DNA of 64,000 nt. Source: Candidatus Saccharibacteria bacterium UBA6664. GTDB taxonomy: Bacteria; Patescibacteriota; Saccharimonadia; Saccharimonadales; Saccharimonadaceae. Positions 62,596 through 64,000 of this stretch are shown here, one piece after another. Position 1 is the first letter of the stretch. Each line of letters starts with the position of its first letter. The notes under the pieces were generated by a model. That model was given only the letters and a program-made list of their open reading frames with translations. It ran no database searches and had not been told where the DNA came from. A program made the translations under genes and the position numbers. Where the stretch lies: the NCBI GenBank assembly GCA_002455275.1, contig DKKO01000006.1:50850-114849 (forward strand). The letters run 5' to 3'.

Positions 62596-64000
62596 ATGCC
62601 GTTTCAATCGATAAGTCACAGCCGTATTCGCATGCTTATTATCGCCTCAGTATTCTTGATGGCGGTGTTTGTGGTGCGACTTTTTTACTTGCAAATTATT
62701 GAGCATAGTAAATATTCTATTTTGGCCGATGCCGAGCAGGTGAAACGACTGACTATTCCAGCAACAAGGGGCGAAATCTACATGGAAGACAACGGCACCC
62801 CAGTGAAGGTAGTGCTAAACGAAACCGTGTATACCATGTTTGTTGATCCAAAAATTATTACTGACCCAGAGGCCGTGAAAGATGTTATACGTGCAGTTGC
62901 TGGAGGCAATGCGGTTGATGGCTTTGCGAAACTGGTGGACAAAAAAGAGACACGCTATCAGGTGGTTGCGAAAAATGTGACACGCCGCCAGGCTGAACTG
63001 ATAAAAAAGAAGGAACTAGCTGGTATTGGATTCCAGGCGGTAGTTCGCCGCGTGTATCCGGAAGGTACATTGGCGGCGCAAACGCTTGGGTTTGTAAACT
63101 ACGACCAAAAAGGTCAGTACGGCATAGAAGGGCGTTTCGACAAGCAACTACGGGGCAAAGATGGTATGCTGCAATCGGTAACAGACGTCAGTAATGTTCC
63201 TCTTACTATAGGTAACCGCAATGTGAATATTCCGGCGCAAAACGGCGCAAATATTGTGCTGACGCTCGATAGAAACGTACAAGCTTACACCGAAAAGGCA
63301 CTTTCTGATGGTCTGCGAAAAATTGGAGCGACCGACGGCAGTGTTATCGTGATGGACCCGAATGATGGCTCGGTGCTCGCGATGGCAAATCTGCCAACTT
63401 ATAACCCCTCTAAATTCACCAAGGTCACTAATGCTAGTGCCTTTAATAATGCTGTAGTGAGCGACCCGTACGAACCAGGCTCGGTAGTAAAGACCTTTAC
63501 TGTAGCAACGGGTATCAATACTAATACAATTACGCCGCAGTCTACGTATGTGAATACCGACTACATCACCATTGATGACCGAACGATCACCAACGCCACG
63601 AAAGGTCAAACTGGCACGATTTCGATTCAGCATGCGCTGACATGGTCGCTAAACACAGGAATGGTGACGGTAGCTCAACGGCTTGGCGGCGGTACGATCA
63701 ACAGACAGGCTCGTAATACCATGTACAGCTATTTCCACGATCGATTCCACTTGGGGCAGATGACAGGTATTGAAACGACCGGCGAAGTGCCAGGTGAATT
63801 GATTCCGCCTACTGCTGTAGAAGGAAACGCAGTGCGCTATTCAAACATGTCATTTGGGCAGGGAATGAACCCAACGATGGTGCAAGTAGCTGCCGGCTTC
63901 AGTTCGCTCATAAATGGCGGAACCTACTACTACCCGACAATTATAAAGGGGAACTTGAATGACGATGGTGACATCGTGCCAGCAGAGCAAAAAAAGCCAC
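62596..64000 (+). CDS. ftsI: Class B penicillin-binding protein (FtsI/PBP2-like transpeptidase), 3'-truncated by the window end
   Basis: ATG 62596 opens MPFQSISHSRIRMLIIASVFLMAVFVVRLFYLQIIEH...ATRGEIYMEDNG. SxxK as GSVVK and SxN as SLN. The frame is open to position 64000, so it is not in the ORF track. Confidence 0.85.
   Translation, partial: MPFQSISHSRIRMLIIASVFLMAVFVVRLFYLQIIEHSKYSILADAEQVKRLTIPATRGEIYMEDNGTPVKVVLNETVYTMFVDPKIITDPEAVKDVIRAVAGGNAVDGFAKLVDKKETRYQVVAKNVTRRQAELIKKKELAGIGFQAVVRRVYPEGTLAAQTLGFVNYDQKGQYGIEGRFDKQLRGKDGMLQSVTDVSNVPLTIGNRNVNIPAQNGANIVLTLDRNVQAYTEKALSDGLRKIGATDGSVIVMDPNDGSVLAMANLPTYNPSKFTKVTNASAFNNAVVSDPYEPGSVVKTFTVATGINTNTITPQSTYVNTDYITIDDRTITNATKGQTGTISIQHALTWSLNTGMVTVAQRLGGGTINRQARNTMYSYFHDRFHLGQMTGIETTGEVPGELIPPTAVEGNAVRYSNMSFGQGMNPTMVQVAAGFSSLINGGTYYYPTIIKGNLNDDGDIVPAEQKKP

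Noticed and set aside
1-64000. A prophage, integrative element, CRISPR-Cas, restriction-modification or retron/DGR module somewhere in the window
   Set aside because: I saw no integrase, transposase, reverse transcriptase, Cas, capsid/terminase or REase/DNA-MTase pair among the translated ORFs. The methyltransferases present have RNA or small-molecule-type contexts.

Overview
This is a compact 64-kb stretch coded almost entirely on the plus strand. It looks like a small-genome, monoderm-like or Patescibacteria-like bacterium; that placement is inferred from gene content and order only. Hand counts on sampled stretches give about 50-56% GC in housekeeping genes. I support about 70 CDS. In order: recF (5' fragment); frr, polyprenyl synthase, uppS, rseP, CPBP protease, proS; greA; lysS; a DUF2207 protein plus two ABC exporters; a surface beta-helix protein split by one in-frame TGA; serS and a pyrD-like gene; hpf; secA, an M16 peptidase, murD, a PP-loop (MurL-like) protein, prfB; ftsE, ftsX, a CHAP hydrolase, an S41 protease; two receiver-only regulators and a sensor-less kinase; rpmA; xseAB; recO; glyQS; an accessory stretch at about 45.1-56.7 kb; GH1, a yvcK-like gene, a HAD-like gene; then the start of the dcw cluster (mraZ, rsmH, ftsL-like, PBP). 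I found no rRNA, tRNA, CRISPR array, integrase or transposase. The best candidates for something new: (1) a DUF4868/KwaB-like gene with no KwaA partner, sitting between an MMPL transporter and a Pif1-family helicase (54.1-56.7 kb); (2) a two-gene cassette at about 36-37% GC encoding a soluble protein and a coiled-coil/3-TM protein (45.1-46.4 kb); (3) the in-frame TGA in the surface protein, in a genome that clearly reads TGA as stop; (4) an unusual dcw leader, with phased GTGG(G/A) MraZ-type boxes, a 495-nt G-depleted non-coding spacer between mraZ and rsmH, and a strongly SD-led 21-codon uORF before ftsL; (5) many start codons placed 5-10 nt after a -10 box, implying leaderless mRNAs. All family assignments come from motif recognition by eye. 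None is verified by database search.
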